The notes under the pieces were generated by a model. It searched no databases. It had not been told where the DNA came from and worked only from the letters and a program-made list of their open reading frames with translations. This document shows, in pieces, positions 9,318 to 18,890 of a stretch of 64,000 bases of DNA. Where the stretch lies: the NCBI GenBank assembly GCA_033648345.1, contig GCA_033648345.1_4121.1; one strand, written 5' to 3'. This DNA comes from a phage. The translations under genes were made by a program, and so were the position numbers. The first letter of the stretch is position 1. Every line of letters starts with the position of its first letter.

Positions 9318-9697
9318 TGCGTCAAATGCACAAAGTAACCGAGCTAAACAAGCGTCTGATTAAACAATCAATGTTTGAGGATAAAGAGTCTTACTATAAC
9401 TTCAAACGTGCTGTAGAGGCTGCTATCCACATTCAGAAGCTTAAAGATAGTGGATGTATTATTCTCGAAAATGGTTCTGACGTTGTTACTGATGACTTCA
9501 GTGTAGCGTTTGATGTTTCACCTGATGGTTCGCTATCAATGCCACGCTTAGGGACTGGTGACATGACTGTGTGGGTAGGTTTCACTATGGGGAATGTACC
9601 AGGCACGGTGTATGTAGATGATGCTGAGTTGAAAGAAAGCTTCAAAAACTTATCGCATCTTGAACCACAATACGCACATGAAATGAATTTATTTTGA
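9317..9697 (+). CDS. hypothetical protein (126 aa)
   Basis: ORF; start overlaps previous stop. Confidence 0.55.
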   Translation: MRQMHKVTELNKRLIKQSMFEDKESYYNFKRAVEAAIHIQKLKDSGCIILENGSDVVTDDFSVAFDVSPDGSLSMPRLGTGDMTVWVGFTMGNVPGTVYVDDAELKESFKNLSHLEPQYAHEMNLF

Positions 9698-9698
9698 G

Positions 9699-9758
9699 TT
9701 GACAAACTCATTCAGTACTGTATAATGTTTATCAAGGGGATGAACTTCTCATCCCCAC
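9699..9758 (+). promoter_or_regulatory. sigma70-type promoter with 5' stem-loop
   Basis: TTGACA 9699-9704, 16-nt spacer with AGTACTG, TATAAT 9721-9726, then GGGGATGA…TCATCCCC hairpin before SD. Confidence 0.6.
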
Positions 9759-9773
9759 AATCGAGGAATTGTC

Positions 9774-10328
9774 ATGATTACTTTTAAGAAAACTGCTAAC
9801 CACATCCATGAGATCTACATTAACGGTCACAAAGCTGGCCTTCTTCGTTTACTCGCCCATCATCCGAATATTACCGTATCTGATAATGAACCTAAAGATT
9901 GGCGTGTATTTTTCTTTGGAAAGTACAGTGATTTTCAAGTATCAAACCTGAAGAACATTCGTTCAGTATGCACGTTAACTGAAATTAAAGAAAAGTTAAC
10001 CAAAGCATTGAAAACTAATCCAGATAGTGTTCTTCCACCTGATAACTTTGTAGAGAAAGGATATGCCTTAGCTCATTTCAAAGATGGTACTATTCAATCT
10101 ATCAGTACTGAATATGAATATCAATGGACTGAGTACTTCACTTATGGATCGCGTAATACATTGATGGCTTCACGTAGTAAATTGGAAGAAGTACTGACTC
10201 GTATGAATGAACGCGAGCGTCAATTTTATGACAAACCAGAAATGTGGAGTTCAACTTACATTGACCGTATTGACTATGTTATTATGACTCCAATCTTTGA
10301 CACTGCTTACTATGATTCTTTGAAATAA
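9774..10328 (+). CDS. hypothetical protein (184 aa)
   Basis: ORF with GAGGA SD. Confidence 0.65.
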   Translation: MITFKKTANHIHEIYINGHKAGLLRLLAHHPNITVSDNEPKDWRVFFFGKYSDFQVSNLKNIRSVCTLTEIKEKLTKALKTNPDSVLPPDNFVEKGYALAHFKDGTIQSISTEYEYQWTEYFTYGSRNTLMASRSKLEEVLTRMNERERQFYDKPEMWSSTYIDRIDYVIMTPIFDTAYYDSLK

Positions 10329-10339
10329 GGATAACTTAT

Positions 10340-10516
10340 ATGAAACTACGTACTCGTAATCGACTGATGGATGCACTGTACCATGAACAGCTTTCACTGA
10401 ATGAAGTGAAGCGTCAGTTAATGTACACATATCTGTTACCCGCTCGCATTGCAAAACAACGTGCTAAAGAATTGCTGAAAGAAGCAATCGAGTACTGGGA
10501 ATCTGATTCGTACTAA
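10340..10516 (+). CDS. hypothetical small protein (58 aa)
   Basis: ORF below track threshold; AAGGA SD 8 nt upstream. Confidence 0.45.
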   Translation: MKLRTRNRLMDALYHEQLSLNEVKRQLMYTYLLPARIAKQRAKELLKEAIEYWESDSY

Positions 10517-10544
10517 TTGTCACGTTAATTAAGTGAGGCGATAA

Positions 10545-10796
10545 ATGAAAATTTTATTAGTTCTAATACTACTAATTGTTTTACCATTTACGTTAGTATC
10601 CCCTGAACTTGCATGGAATGTGTTTGTGTACTTACTATGTACTATTGTAGTAAATGGTATCTTGTTCTTAGTTCTATTCATAAATGGAATAGGACACGGT
10701 GGAGGATGGACCAGTACTGCTGATATTGTACATAAAACCACTATGTCTTTATTTGTAGTGTGGAATTTATTCTGGACTTGGTTTGTGTTCTTCTAA
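10545..10796 (+). CDS. small membrane protein (83 aa)
   Basis: Hydrophobic ORF with GAGG SD. Confidence 0.55.
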   Translation: MKILLVLILLIVLPFTLVSPELAWNVFVYLLCTIVVNGILFLVLFINGIGHGGGWTSTADIVHKTTMSLFVVWNLFWTWFVFF

Positions 10797-10805
10797 TTAA
10801 AAAAT

Positions 10806-11177
10806 ATGAATATAGATTTGAAAGGTGCAACCCGAACTGTCATACTCATTGGGGAATATGCTATCAAGATTCCAACCTTTAAAAGTTGGAAGCTATTCTT
10901 AACAGGGATGATAGCTAACCTCAATGAACGTTCTTGGATGCAGTACTCCAAGCGTAGTGATAGTGGTATCTGCCCTACGTTGTGGTCATCATGTACTGGA
11001 CTAGTAACTGTACAGAAACGTTGTAAGCCAGTACAACATAGGGGTTTATTTTGGGTGGAGTTGTGTGCTTTAGCATTGGATTCAGAGTTGAGTACTGACT
11101 TCTTCTATTCAGATGCGAAGCCAGAAAACTTTGGGTATCTGGGTGGTAAGTTAGTTAAACTTGATTATGGAGATTAA
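10806..11177 (+). CDS. minimal protein-kinase-like protein (123 aa)
   Basis: Motif order AIK … DAKPENFG … KLDYGD resembles kinase beta3-Lys, catalytic loop and DFG-like; ends just after DYG. Confidence 0.45.
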   Translation: MNIDLKGATRTVILIGEYAIKIPTFKSWKLFLTGMIANLNERSWMQYSKRSDSGICPTLWSSCTGLVTVQKRCKPVQHRGLFWVELCALALDSELSTDFFYSDAKPENFGYLGGKLVKLDYGD

Positions 11178-11178
11178 T

Positions 11179-11601
11179 ATGTACGCACTGTATAATAAAG
11201 AAAAGAAACAATTTGCTAAGGTTGAAAAATCGATTGATACATTTGGCATGTTTAAGTACTGTATTGTGACGGACCCATATGCTAACTTGTATTACGTTCT
11301 TGATGACGTATCAGTACTGCAACGATTGCTTGAACGTTCCAAAAGCCAATGTCAAGGTATCCATGATGGTTCAACTTATGAAACACCTGAGTGTTCCTAT
11401 GGCTATCTGGATGGGTATGAGATTGTGAAGTTGGGTGCATTGTTGATTAATGAGGAATTTATGAAACTATGTACATGTGATGATTGTGGTAAACAAATAC
11501 CAGAAAGTGAAGTATATCGTAATGAAACTGCATTCGGTGATGATGGTGACTACTGTCAGGATTGTTTTTACGAGAACCATTATGATTTTGGCGATGATTA
11601 A
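11179..11601 (+). CDS. hypothetical protein with Cys-rich C-terminus (140 aa)
   Basis: GGAG SD; C-terminal CTCDDCGK…CQDC suggests a zinc ribbon. Confidence 0.55.
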   Translation: MYALYNKEKKQFAKVEKSIDTFGMFKYCIVTDPYANLYYVLDDVSVLQRLLERSKSQCQGIHDGSTYETPECSYGYLDGYEIVKLGALLINEEFMKLCTCDDCGKQIPESEVYRNETAFGDDGDYCQDCFYENHYDFGDD

Positions 11602-11607
11602 AACAAA

Positions 11608-11640
11608 GGGTTGACTTCGGTCAGCCCTTTTTGTTATAAT
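11608..11640 (+). promoter_or_regulatory. terminator-hairpin/promoter composite (PeSL-like)
   Basis: GGGTTGAC-TTCG-GTCAGCCC hairpin + T-tract; TATAAT 11635-11640. Confidence 0.6.
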
Positions 11641-11668
11641 CATTTCATCGAAACGAGAGGATGAATAC

Positions 11669-12145
11669 ATGACACGCATTAACTTAGTACACGTTAAAGA
11701 ACTTGCTGACCAACATCTGATGGCTGAATATCGTGAACTCCCACGTGTATTTGGTGCTGTACAAAAACACGTTCAAGCACGTAAGCGTGTACGTGATTTC
11801 AAAATTAACAGTACTTACCTGTTAGGTTCAGGTCATGTAACATTCTTCTACAACAAGTTATTGTACTTACAGAAGCGTCATATTGAAATTGTTAACGAAT
11901 GTTTGCGTCGTGGTATGAAGATTCAAAACATTGAATTAAACGACATTAGCGGCTTCCCTGCTGAGTTTTGTAATGACTACGTACCATCGGAGTCAGAGAT
12001 TAAAATGTCTCGTGAGCGTTTGATTGAGAAGCTACAGATGAAGCCTACGTGGTATAAGTTTACTGATGTTGAATGTCCACAGTACGTTAAAGATATGTTG
12101 AATGAAATTGAAGAACAAATCAAAGATGAAATGAATAACTATTAA
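11669..12145 (+). CDS. denV: pyrimidine-dimer DNA glycosylase / endonuclease V (T4 DenV family)
   Basis: N-terminus MTRINL…[21 protein letters not shown]…KRVRDFKI…GHVTFFY…RPTWYK recalled as near-identical to T4 endonuclease V over most of the length. Confidence 0.93.
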   Translation: MTRINLVHVKELADQHLMAEYRELPRVFGAVQKHVQARKRVRDFKINSTYLLGSGHVTFFYNKLLYLQKRHIEIVNECLRRGMKIQNIELNDISGFPAEFCNDYVPSESEIKMSRERLIEKLQMKPTWYKFTDVECPQYVKDMLNEIEEQIKDEMNNY

Positions 12146-12151
12146 AGGAAA

Positions 12152-12186
12152 AGGTTGACTTCGGTCAGCCATTTTTGTTATTATAG
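12152..12186 (+). promoter_or_regulatory. terminator-hairpin/promoter composite (PeSL-like)
   Basis: GGTTGAC-TTCG-GTCAGCC hairpin + T-tract, then -10-like TTATTATA. Confidence 0.55.
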
Positions 12187-12214
12187 CTCTATCGAAACGA
12201 ATGAGGATTAAGTA

Positions 12215-12472
12215 ATGATTAAATTAAAATTTGAAGGTATGCGTGATGGGAATGGTAACCTAATCATTACACGAGGTACTAAAGCAGTACGATGCTTAGA
12301 AGAACATGGTATTGAATTTACTATTCCATACGATGATATCAGGATTAAAGAGGATACGGTACTGGAATTGCCACTCACTACATTTGAAGAATTGAATGCA
12401 TTTTGTCAAACATATAATGCACTAATCACTTTCGATGAACGTAATTGTGTTATTGAATTTTTACAACACTGA
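12215..12472 (+). CDS. hypothetical protein (85 aa)
   Basis: ORF with GAGGA SD. Confidence 0.6.
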   Translation: MIKLKFEGMRDGNGNLIITRGTKAVRCLEEHGIEFTIPYDDIRIKEDTVLELPLTTFEELNAFCQTYNALITFDERNCVIEFLQH

Positions 12473-12491
12473 TGATTAAGTAATAAAGAAA

Positions 12492-12524
12492 GGGTTGACA
12501 CTAGTCAGCCCTTTTTGCTATAAT
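12492..12524 (+). promoter_or_regulatory. terminator-hairpin/promoter composite (PeSL-like, loop variant)
   Basis: GGGTTGACA-CTA-GTCAGCCC hairpin + T-tract; TATAAT 12519-12524. Confidence 0.55.
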
Positions 12525-12552
12525 CATTTCATCAACTCAAGAGGATAAAGAC

Positions 12553-13326
12553 ATGACCCGTACAGAGAAAGCAATCCAAATCGAAAAGAACTTCAACAGC
12601 ATGATGGCAGCTTTGGAATGTTTACTTGATACCCAAGCTAATTCAATCAATTCCCTGATTGTATCTGGTAAAGGTGGTGTTGGTAAAACTTACAACGTTG
12701 ACCAGCGTTTACAGAAAGCTGATGATAACTTTGAAATCGACTACAAAAAGATCAGCGGTAAAGTAACCACTATGGGTTTGTACGAAGCACTGTATCGTTC
12801 ACGTCATGCCGCTTCAGTACTGTTACTTGATGACGTTGATATCTTCTCTGACGAGACTAATATTGATTTGCTTAAAGCTGTGTTGGATACGTCAGAGAAG
12901 CGTGTAGTTTCTTACGCGACTTCTGCTAAGTACCTGGAACAGCAGGGTATCCCTAAGCAGTTTGAATTCCGTGGTAAAGTAATCTTTCTGACTAACAAAA
13001 ACCTGTCACAGATTGCTAAAGGTAAAAGCAGCTTAGCACCACACATCGATGCACTGATCACTCGTAGTATCTTTGTTGACCTGCAACTGTTCACCAACGA
13101 AGAAGTGATGATTCACATTGAGAACATCATGAACAAAACTAACATCCTTGAAAACAATGGTGTTAACAAAAATGGTTGTAAAGCAATCCTGAATTGGATG
13201 CTGAACAACGAAGAACGTTTGCGTAGTCCATCACTGCGTATGCCAGTACTGATCGCTGGTCTGTATAATAAATTCCCATACGATTGGGAATCAATGGCAG
13301 AGAATATGTTCCTTGAGAAAATTTAA
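12553..13326 (+). CDS. P-loop NTPase with deviant Walker A (257 aa)
   Basis: Walker A SGKGGVGKT and Walker B-like VLLLDDVD. Confidence 0.75.
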   Translation: MTRTEKAIQIEKNFNSMMAALECLLDTQANSINSLIVSGKGGVGKTYNVDQRLQKADDNFEIDYKKISGKVTTMGLYEALYRSRHAASVLLLDDVDIFSDETNIDLLKAVLDTSEKRVVSYATSAKYLEQQGIPKQFEFRGKVIFLTNKNLSQIAKGKSSLAPHIDALITRSIFVDLQLFTNEEVMIHIENIMNKTNILENNGVNKNGCKAILNWMLNNEERLRSPSLRMPVLIAGLYNKFPYDWESMAENMFLEKI

Positions 13327-13393
13327 TTACATGTATTGACAGCACTACACTATGGTAGTACTATAACTTAATATTCACCACCGGAGATACGAT

Positions 13394-13732
13394 ATGCTTG
13401 AGTTTTTTAATTCAGATACAATGCTTAGTATTACTTTGATTTATCTGTTTGGTTTTTTCTTTTATCATGCACTAGTTGTAGTACTATGGTATTTTAAAAA
13501 GAAAATCGTTTTCAAACTGTATCCTGATGGAAACATTTCACTACTTCTTTTCACTATTATCCAAGGTATGTTTGCAATTGTTGGTCTTATCGCACACTTA
13601 ATTTATTGTGCTAATCCACAGTTGAACTCAATATCACAATATATTGTATTCCTTGGATTACTAATTTGGGTGCTGATATACTTGTTTAATATCATCATTA
13701 ATGGTCGAGCAAAAATTCGTGGGGACTTCTAA
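13394..13732 (+). CDS. small membrane protein, family M member 4 (112 aa)
   Basis: GGAGA SD; 3-4 TM segments. Confidence 0.65.
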   Translation: MLEFFNSDTMLSITLIYLFGFFFYHALVVVLWYFKKKIVFKLYPDGNISLLLFTIIQGMFAIVGLIAHLIYCANPQLNSISQYIVFLGLLIWVLIYLFNIIINGRAKIRGDF

Positions 13733-14079
13733 TGTTTGAATCTTATCTTGAGTTTTTAAAGAGTAGTTCTGTTGCACATTCAATTGCAGGGATTATTCTA
13801 ACAGGTTATGTAACATTTTGGGTAGTTATGTTTCTAGGATGGTATTTTAAACGACAATTCTATAAGCGTAATGGTGAAGATTTTATGAATTCTGTTATTA
13901 ATCAATCGTTGTTTGCATCAACATTGATAGCATGTATTGTAGCAACACTCACAGGAAAGGTACTGCCAGCATTCTCCGCAGTTTACGGTACATTGGGTAT
14001 GATATGTGTAGTTTTTTACTTGATCATTAAACTTTGTTGTGTTATGATTGACCTTCGAAACAAGATACCGGAGGAATGA
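13732..14079 (+). CDS. small membrane protein, family M member 5 (115 aa)
   Basis: Start overlaps previous stop; C-terminus …LRNKIPEE. Confidence 0.65.
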   Translation: MFESYLEFLKSSSVAHSIAGIILTGYVTFWVVMFLGWYFKRQFYKRNGEDFMNSVINQSLFASTLIACIVATLTGKVLPAFSAVYGTLGMICVVFYLIIKLCCVMIDLRNKIPEE

Positions 14080-14414
14080 TGGAATATTTTTTACACTTAC
14101 TGCCGTGGTATATGAAAGTTAGTACTATGTACTATATTCTTAGTGCTGGATTCTACTTTCTGATGTGGTTCTTCAAACGACCAATTTCAGTATTCATCTC
14201 TGATAACATGCTGCAATTAAAATTACACGCATGGTTTTTTATGGCGATGTTTATGCCTATTATTCACTACTCAATGATTAGTAGAGGTTTACGTTCTAAT
14301 GGTGAACCAATTATATTAGTATTCTATTGGGGTTCAACTATTGCATATGTAAGTTTGTTGTTGATCCCAGCCGTTCATAAATTACGTGCTAAAGTTCCTG
14401 ATGCGAGGTACTAA
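14076..14414 (+). CDS. small membrane protein, family M member 6 (112 aa)
   Basis: ATGA overlap; GGAGG SD; C-terminus …LRAKVPDARY. Confidence 0.65.
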   Translation: MMEYFLHLLPWYMKVSTMYYILSAGFYFLMWFFKRPISVFISDNMLQLKLHAWFFMAMFMPIIHYSMISRGLRSNGEPIILVFYWGSTIAYVSLLLIPAVHKLRAKVPDARY

Positions 14415-14728
14415 TGGATATCGTAACATTGATTTACACGCTTTATTCATTCTATTTTATTATGTGTTGGGTTGGATTTTTATTTGTATTGAAGATGTTT
14501 GATTATGTTGAAAAACAGATAAAAGAATTTTGTATTCCTTTTATTGGGTCAACCATAATTAGTATTACTTGTTTGTATTATTTGGTATGTGATCCACCTG
14601 TTAATACAGCAATGATTGACTTCATGTTATTACCAACAACTGTTATTTTTTTATGTAGTCTGATGCCACCGATTAGTCGTGGGCTAACCGAATTTAGACG
14701 CAATCAAAAGCGTAAACGAGGGATGTGA
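14414..14728 (+). CDS. small membrane protein, family M member 7 (104 aa)
   Basis: Overlapping start; basic C-terminal tail. Confidence 0.6.
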   Translation: MDIVTLIYTLYSFYFIMCWVGFLFVLKMFDYVEKQIKEFCIPFIGSTIISITCLYYLVCDPPVNTAMIDFMLLPTTVIFLCSLMPPISRGLTEFRRNQKRKRGM

Positions 14729-15096
14729 TGGAAATTGCACTTATTATATTAACTGCTATGTTGTTTATTAGTACAATTGTTATTATTGGCAAGTTCTTCT
14801 GTGTATCCTTCTTGGAAACCGTATACGATGAAATTGCTGATGATTATGAATTACATGCGGGATTTTTTACTACGTATTGGATTAGTTTATTACTACTTAT
14901 CACTGTATGGATTTTACATATATTCAAATGGGGTATGGTAGATGGTGATCCAGTACTGGCAATTATCTGTGTAGTGTTTGGTCTACTCGGTGGTGCTGTC
15001 CATAATCTGATGGTAATTTGGCAAACCGTACAATATGTATTAGTTCCACATTTTCAGAGAATGCATCAAAGCATCAAATACCGCAAACGAGGATAA
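14728..15096 (+). CDS. small membrane protein, family M member 8 (122 aa)
   Basis: ATG 14728 directly after previous stop (track start 14725 is GTG). Confidence 0.6.
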   Translation: MEIALIILTAMLFISTIVIIGKFFCVSFLETVYDEIADDYELHAGFFTTYWISLLLLITVWILHIFKWGMVDGDPVLAIICVVFGLLGGAVHNLMVIWQTVQYVLVPHFQRMHQSIKYRKRG

Positions 15097-15097
15097 C

Positions 15098-15460
15098 ATG
15101 AATAATATTGAATTATCTTTTATTGGTCAATTAATGGTAATGGCGTATACATTTATCTTCTCACTGAATGCATTCGTGTGCATTGGGAAGTACTTCCATA
15201 AGCGACCATTATCAAATATATATGATGTAATACAAAGGAGATATAGTCCAGCATATACTGTGTTGAGTACAGCATTCAATTTTGGTTTTATTCTAATGCT
15301 GGTTGCATTATTAACATCGAGTTTAAATTTTATAACATTTGGTATTATGGTATGTTCACTAACACTGAGTGTGGTTATTCTCTGTGCATCCGTTGAGTTG
15401 ATGGCGTGGATGTATTATAAGATTTCCGAAATCCATGACCGTTTAGGTAAGAGGAACTAA
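15098..15460 (+). CDS. small membrane protein, family M member 9 (120 aa)
   Basis: Hydrophobic ORF; C-terminus …RLGKRN. Confidence 0.6.
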   Translation: MNNIELSFIGQLMVMAYTFIFSLNAFVCIGKYFHKRPLSNIYDVIQRRYSPAYTVLSTAFNFGFILMLVALLTSSLNFITFGIMVCSLTLSVVILCASVELMAWMYYKISEIHDRLGKRN

Positions 15461-15461
15461 A

Positions 15462-15833
15462 ATGAGTTATCGTGAAATATTTTCGATCATTACTATTATT
15501 GTTTTTAGTTTAGGTTCTTTGGTGTGGTTATTGTATTACTTCTGTGTAACCCCAGTATATAATATGCTAAATTCAGTACGCTCTGATGTTGGTATTGTTT
15601 CTTTTATTATCTTCATGGCATATTATATGCTAAGTATCACAGGTTTGGTTTTGGTTGTTATCTTTGACCTTGGACCGAATCAAGATGGTATGGAGGTGTG
15701 GGAATTGATAACGATGTTTGCATGTATGATACCTGCATTTGGTGTATGTGCTGGTGTATTTTATGGGTTATGTAAAGGTGTGAACTACTTAAAAAATATC
15801 CACAATACTATTCGTAAAAAACGTATGTTATAA
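15462..15833 (+). CDS. small membrane protein, family M member 10 (123 aa)
   Basis: GAGGAA SD; C-terminus …IRKKRML. Confidence 0.6.
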   Translation: MSYREIFSIITIIVFSLGSLVWLLYYFCVTPVYNMLNSVRSDVGIVSFIIFMAYYMLSITGLVLVVIFDLGPNQDGMEVWELITMFACMIPAFGVCAGVFYGLCKGVNYLKNIHNTIRKKRML

Positions 15834-15839
15834 TAAAAA

Positions 15840-15866
15840 TCCAGTACTATTATAGTACTGGATTAA
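15840..15866. terminator. bidirectional hairpin terminator between convergent genes
   Basis: TCCAGTACT-ATTAT-AGTACTGGA hairpin flanked by A/T tracts. Confidence 0.55.
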
Positions 15867-15868
15867 TT

Positions 15869-16993
15869 TTAATTATCTAAGCCACCAATTACACTGAACT
15901 GTGTGGTAACGTCTGAATTATTATCTATGTAAGTTCTTCTACCAACATAATATAGTTGTCCTTTAGCTTGAATAAAAGTTACGGTCCCTGTATTGAATGT
16001 TATAATATCATTGTATGTAATGTCAGGTGGTAGTGCTGCTGATAACGCAGTAACTTTACTTAATGCAGCACTAGCACTACCATTTATACCAGCAGCAATA
16101 CTACCAGTACCATAGAACTTATTATCTTTACCAATGAATACGTTGGCTGATGCTTGTGTAGCTGATGTTATTGCCTTACCAATTTGGAATGCGGTTCCTA
16201 TGGTGTATGGTGTGCTCCTGGCAGCGTCTATGCTTTGTGTATATCCATCCCCTAGCTGACCATTAACTTTGTCACCACATGAGTATAGAGTACCATTGTG
16301 GCTGTATATGATCCCACGGTTAGAGAAGCTAACAGCTTCTGCATTAGTCCATACTGGTGCGGTGTATGAGTTTACACGACTAGCGGTAGTTCCTAGACCT
16401 AGTATACCATATGTGTTATCACCACATCCAAACCATTGTCCAGAACTGTTTTGATAGAACACTGAACGTTCTGTTGATTCCATGCGTACAGCATCCACAG
16501 CACCACTTTTAACGAACGAAGTTGATGAGGATGTAGTACCAGTACCCAATGCACCATAAGTGTTTGTACCAATCGCATATATTGATCCTAGTGGTGTCAT
16601 AACACGTATGCAGTTATATCCCAATTGAACTTTACATTCAAATAGGTTGTCCCATATTTCAGGAACAGCAGAAAATAAATTTGTAATTTCGAACCATGAT
16701 GTTGTCGAACCAGTTAATCCTATACTGCTTTTGTTTCCTAAAATGAAAACAGTTTTGTCCTTCTTAATTATCCATGATGATAGGAAACCTATCTCACAGC
16801 TATGAACATTTGATTCTATTTGGGTAATATAATACTTAACTGTGTTATCACCCATGAATGCCGCAGCACCGGATGCAAAAAGGTTTCCAGTTTGTTTATT
16901 TAAAATGTAGTTATTGTTTCCATATACACTAACATCATAAGAACTTTCTTGTTTTTCGTTCCCATAATCAAATAACAATACGAAAGGTAACAT
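15869..16993 (-). CDS. RCC1-like beta-propeller repeat protein, array member 15 (374 aa)
   Basis: Starts MLPFVLLFDYGN; repeated […YxxGxNxxGxLGxG] blade-type motifs. Confidence 0.75.
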   Translation of the reverse strand: MLPFVLLFDYGNEKQESSYDVSVYGNNNYILNKQTGNLFASGAAAFMGDNTVKYYITQIESNVHSCEIGFLSSWIIKKDKTVFILGNKSSIGLTGSTTSWFEITNLFSAVPEIWDNLFECKVQLGYNCIRVMTPLGSIYAIGTNTYGALGTGTTSSSTSFVKSGAVDAVRMESTERSVFYQNSSGQWFGCGDNTYGILGLGTTASRVNSYTAPVWTNAEAVSFSNRGIIYSHNGTLYSCGDKVNGQLGDGYTQSIDAARSTPYTIGTAFQIGKAITSATQASANVFIGKDNKFYGTGSIAAGINGSASAALSKVTALSAALPPDITYNDIITFNTGTVTFIQAKGQLYYVGRRTYIDNNSDVTTQFSVIGGLDN

Positions 16994-17070
16994 GATAAAA
17001 TCTCCTTGTGTTATACTTTATTTAATCATTTTATAATGTACAATTTTACAGCGATTTAATTGAGGTACTC

Positions 17071-17721
17071 ATGAATAAAAGAAGTAAGTTCTATCAAGAA
17101 TATTTCACTAAACAGAAACGATTCACAAAAAAATACTTTACATCATCCCACCGACCAGTTGCAAGTTACAAACGTCCTAATACTAACTATCTTACTGGTG
17201 GCAAGTTTAGTGCAAAGTTCGAATTACTTATGCGTGAAAAGAATATCAAGATGCATTACGCAGAGACGAGAAAAAACTCATCAATTATTTGTTCTGATTT
17301 TCTTGAGTACGGTTGCTTAACTTATAAATTCAATGATGTATATTTGTATATTGATGTTGATTGTAACAGTACTCTTATGTTTGAGATTTCAATTCACCCA
17401 AATCACAACCGTTATATAAACATTAACTTGATTGATAAAGTACTGATTGGTATATCTAGTACTGATGGTGGTGGATTTGAATTTATTGCTTCAAAATATG
17501 ATGAAGATTTCGTACTTTACCCAGTACTTGATGATGTGAAAGATATACTCAATTCATTAAAAGGAAGTCAATACAAATTATCTGAAGAACAGCTATTTCA
17601 GTACTCACTTATTCATGATGATATCGAGATATACTTAGAGTGTGCGAGAATATTGGAGTATCTTTATAATGAACTAACAACAACTGGTAAAGTGACAGCA
17701 TTCACATTATATAATATGTAA
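17071..17721 (+). CDS. hypothetical protein (216 aa), opposite strand inside the array
   Basis: ORF with GAGGT SD; flanked by the array's hairpin terminator. Confidence 0.6.
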   Translation: MNKRSKFYQEYFTKQKRFTKKYFTSSHRPVASYKRPNTNYLTGGKFSAKFELLMREKNIKMHYAETRKNSSIICSDFLEYGCLTYKFNDVYLYIDVDCNSTLMFEISIHPNHNRYININLIDKVLIGISSTDGGGFEFIASKYDEDFVLYPVLDDVKDILNSLKGSQYKLSEEQLFQYSLIHDDIEIYLECARILEYLYNELTTTGKVTAFTLYNM

Positions 17722-17728
17722 AAGAAAA

Positions 17729-17752
17729 GCCAGTACATAGTACTGGCATTAT
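17729..17752. terminator. hairpin terminator (array type)
   Basis: GCCAGTAC-ATAG-TACTGGC hairpin with flanking A/T tracts. Confidence 0.5.
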
Positions 17753-17753
17753 A

Positions 17754-18890
17754 TTAAACTGGTGGAGAATTATATGGCTCAAATTTATAAGTTGTCGTAG
17801 CAGTACCAGCAATGGCGTTGTTAGCTAGTATGTACATAGTCCTGTAGTCGATTACCACTACAGTAATACTACCACCAAAAGCATAGTCTGTTATGTTATT
17901 AGTGTTGAATGGTAAATTAGATGAACTGGTCCATGTATTAGCTGTTGTGCTATTTGTACCATTGGAATAACCTACACTAGATGCACCAGTTGTCCATAAG
18001 TTTCCATCATTGAACAAGGAGACATGGTTAGTTGTATATGATTTATTAGGTATAGAACTATCAATTGGTGTATTCCAAACTTTAGTAACCCATGTTGTAA
18101 CTGCTGTATTATTAGTAACGCCATTACCTAATGAACCATTTATTGGTATACCTCTTATATAAGAAGTGTTAGTACTAGGGTCAACATATCCAAATGTATA
18201 TGTATCAAATGCAAATTGAAAACAATCAGAACTCGGTAATGTGTACAGTAATGTATATGAAGACGTGTTTATTGATGAATTTGTACCGTTCACGCCTTGG
18301 TATAAAATACCACTAGCCAATATTTGATTATTATTTTTTGTTATAGTGTTCATTGATGGATATGTTTTCACATCACGCACATCATTAGTCACATATGTTT
18401 GTGTTGATAATGCAACGTTACTACCATTACCTATAACCCCTGTATTTGCACCACTCCCATAAAGTGAACCATCATTCAAAAGAACCATTGTAACATTACC
18501 ATTTCCCGTAATTGTTTTAATATTACTAACATCCACCGCAGCAAATACAGTTGATGTTAAATCAGTGAAACGTGTATAATGTGATGTTGTGCCATTGATT
18601 GGTGTCGCAAAACCAGAATACAATATTCTATTTTCTTTGGTAATAAGGAATGTTCCAGTAACACCATTTGAATGGATATCAACAATATTATCTCCCATTA
18701 ATACCCAATCACTTACGAATGTTGTTGTACCAGTACCTAACCCATGTGTAGTGTTGTAACCACGTCCATACACTCTACCATCACTGAGTAATGTTACCAC
18801 ACATTGACCACCACCACCAAGGATAACTTTTTGGATAGTACTCTTTACTTTTATATTCCCGTACTTAACCATTCTTGCAAAAGGTAACAT
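17754..18890 (-). CDS. RCC1-like beta-propeller repeat protein, array member 14 (378 aa)
   Basis: Starts MLPFARMVKYGN; RCC1-type motifs e.g. YGRGYNTTHGLGTG. Confidence 0.75.
   Translation of the reverse strand: MLPFARMVKYGNIKVKSTIQKVILGGGGQCVVTLLSDGRVYGRGYNTTHGLGTGTTTFVSDWVLMGDNIVDIHSNGVTGTFLITKENRILYSGFATPINGTTSHYTRFTDLTSTVFAAVDVSNIKTITGNGNVTMVLLNDGSLYGSGANTGVIGNGSNVALSTQTYVTNDVRDVKTYPSMNTITKNNNQILASGILYQGVNGTNSSINTSSYTLLYTLPSSDCFQFAFDTYTFGYVDPSTNTSYIRGIPINGSLGNGVTNNTAVTTWVTKVWNTPIDSSIPNKSYTTNHVSLFNDGNLWTTGASSVGYSNGTNSTTANTWTSSSNLPFNTNNITDYAFGGSITVVVIDYRTMYILANNAIAGTATTTYKFEPYNSPPV

Noticed and set aside
12553-13326. Calling the ATPase a ParA partition protein
   Set aside because: Only the deviant Walker A matches; no ParB-like partner or centromere repeats are adjacent, so the call is kept generic.
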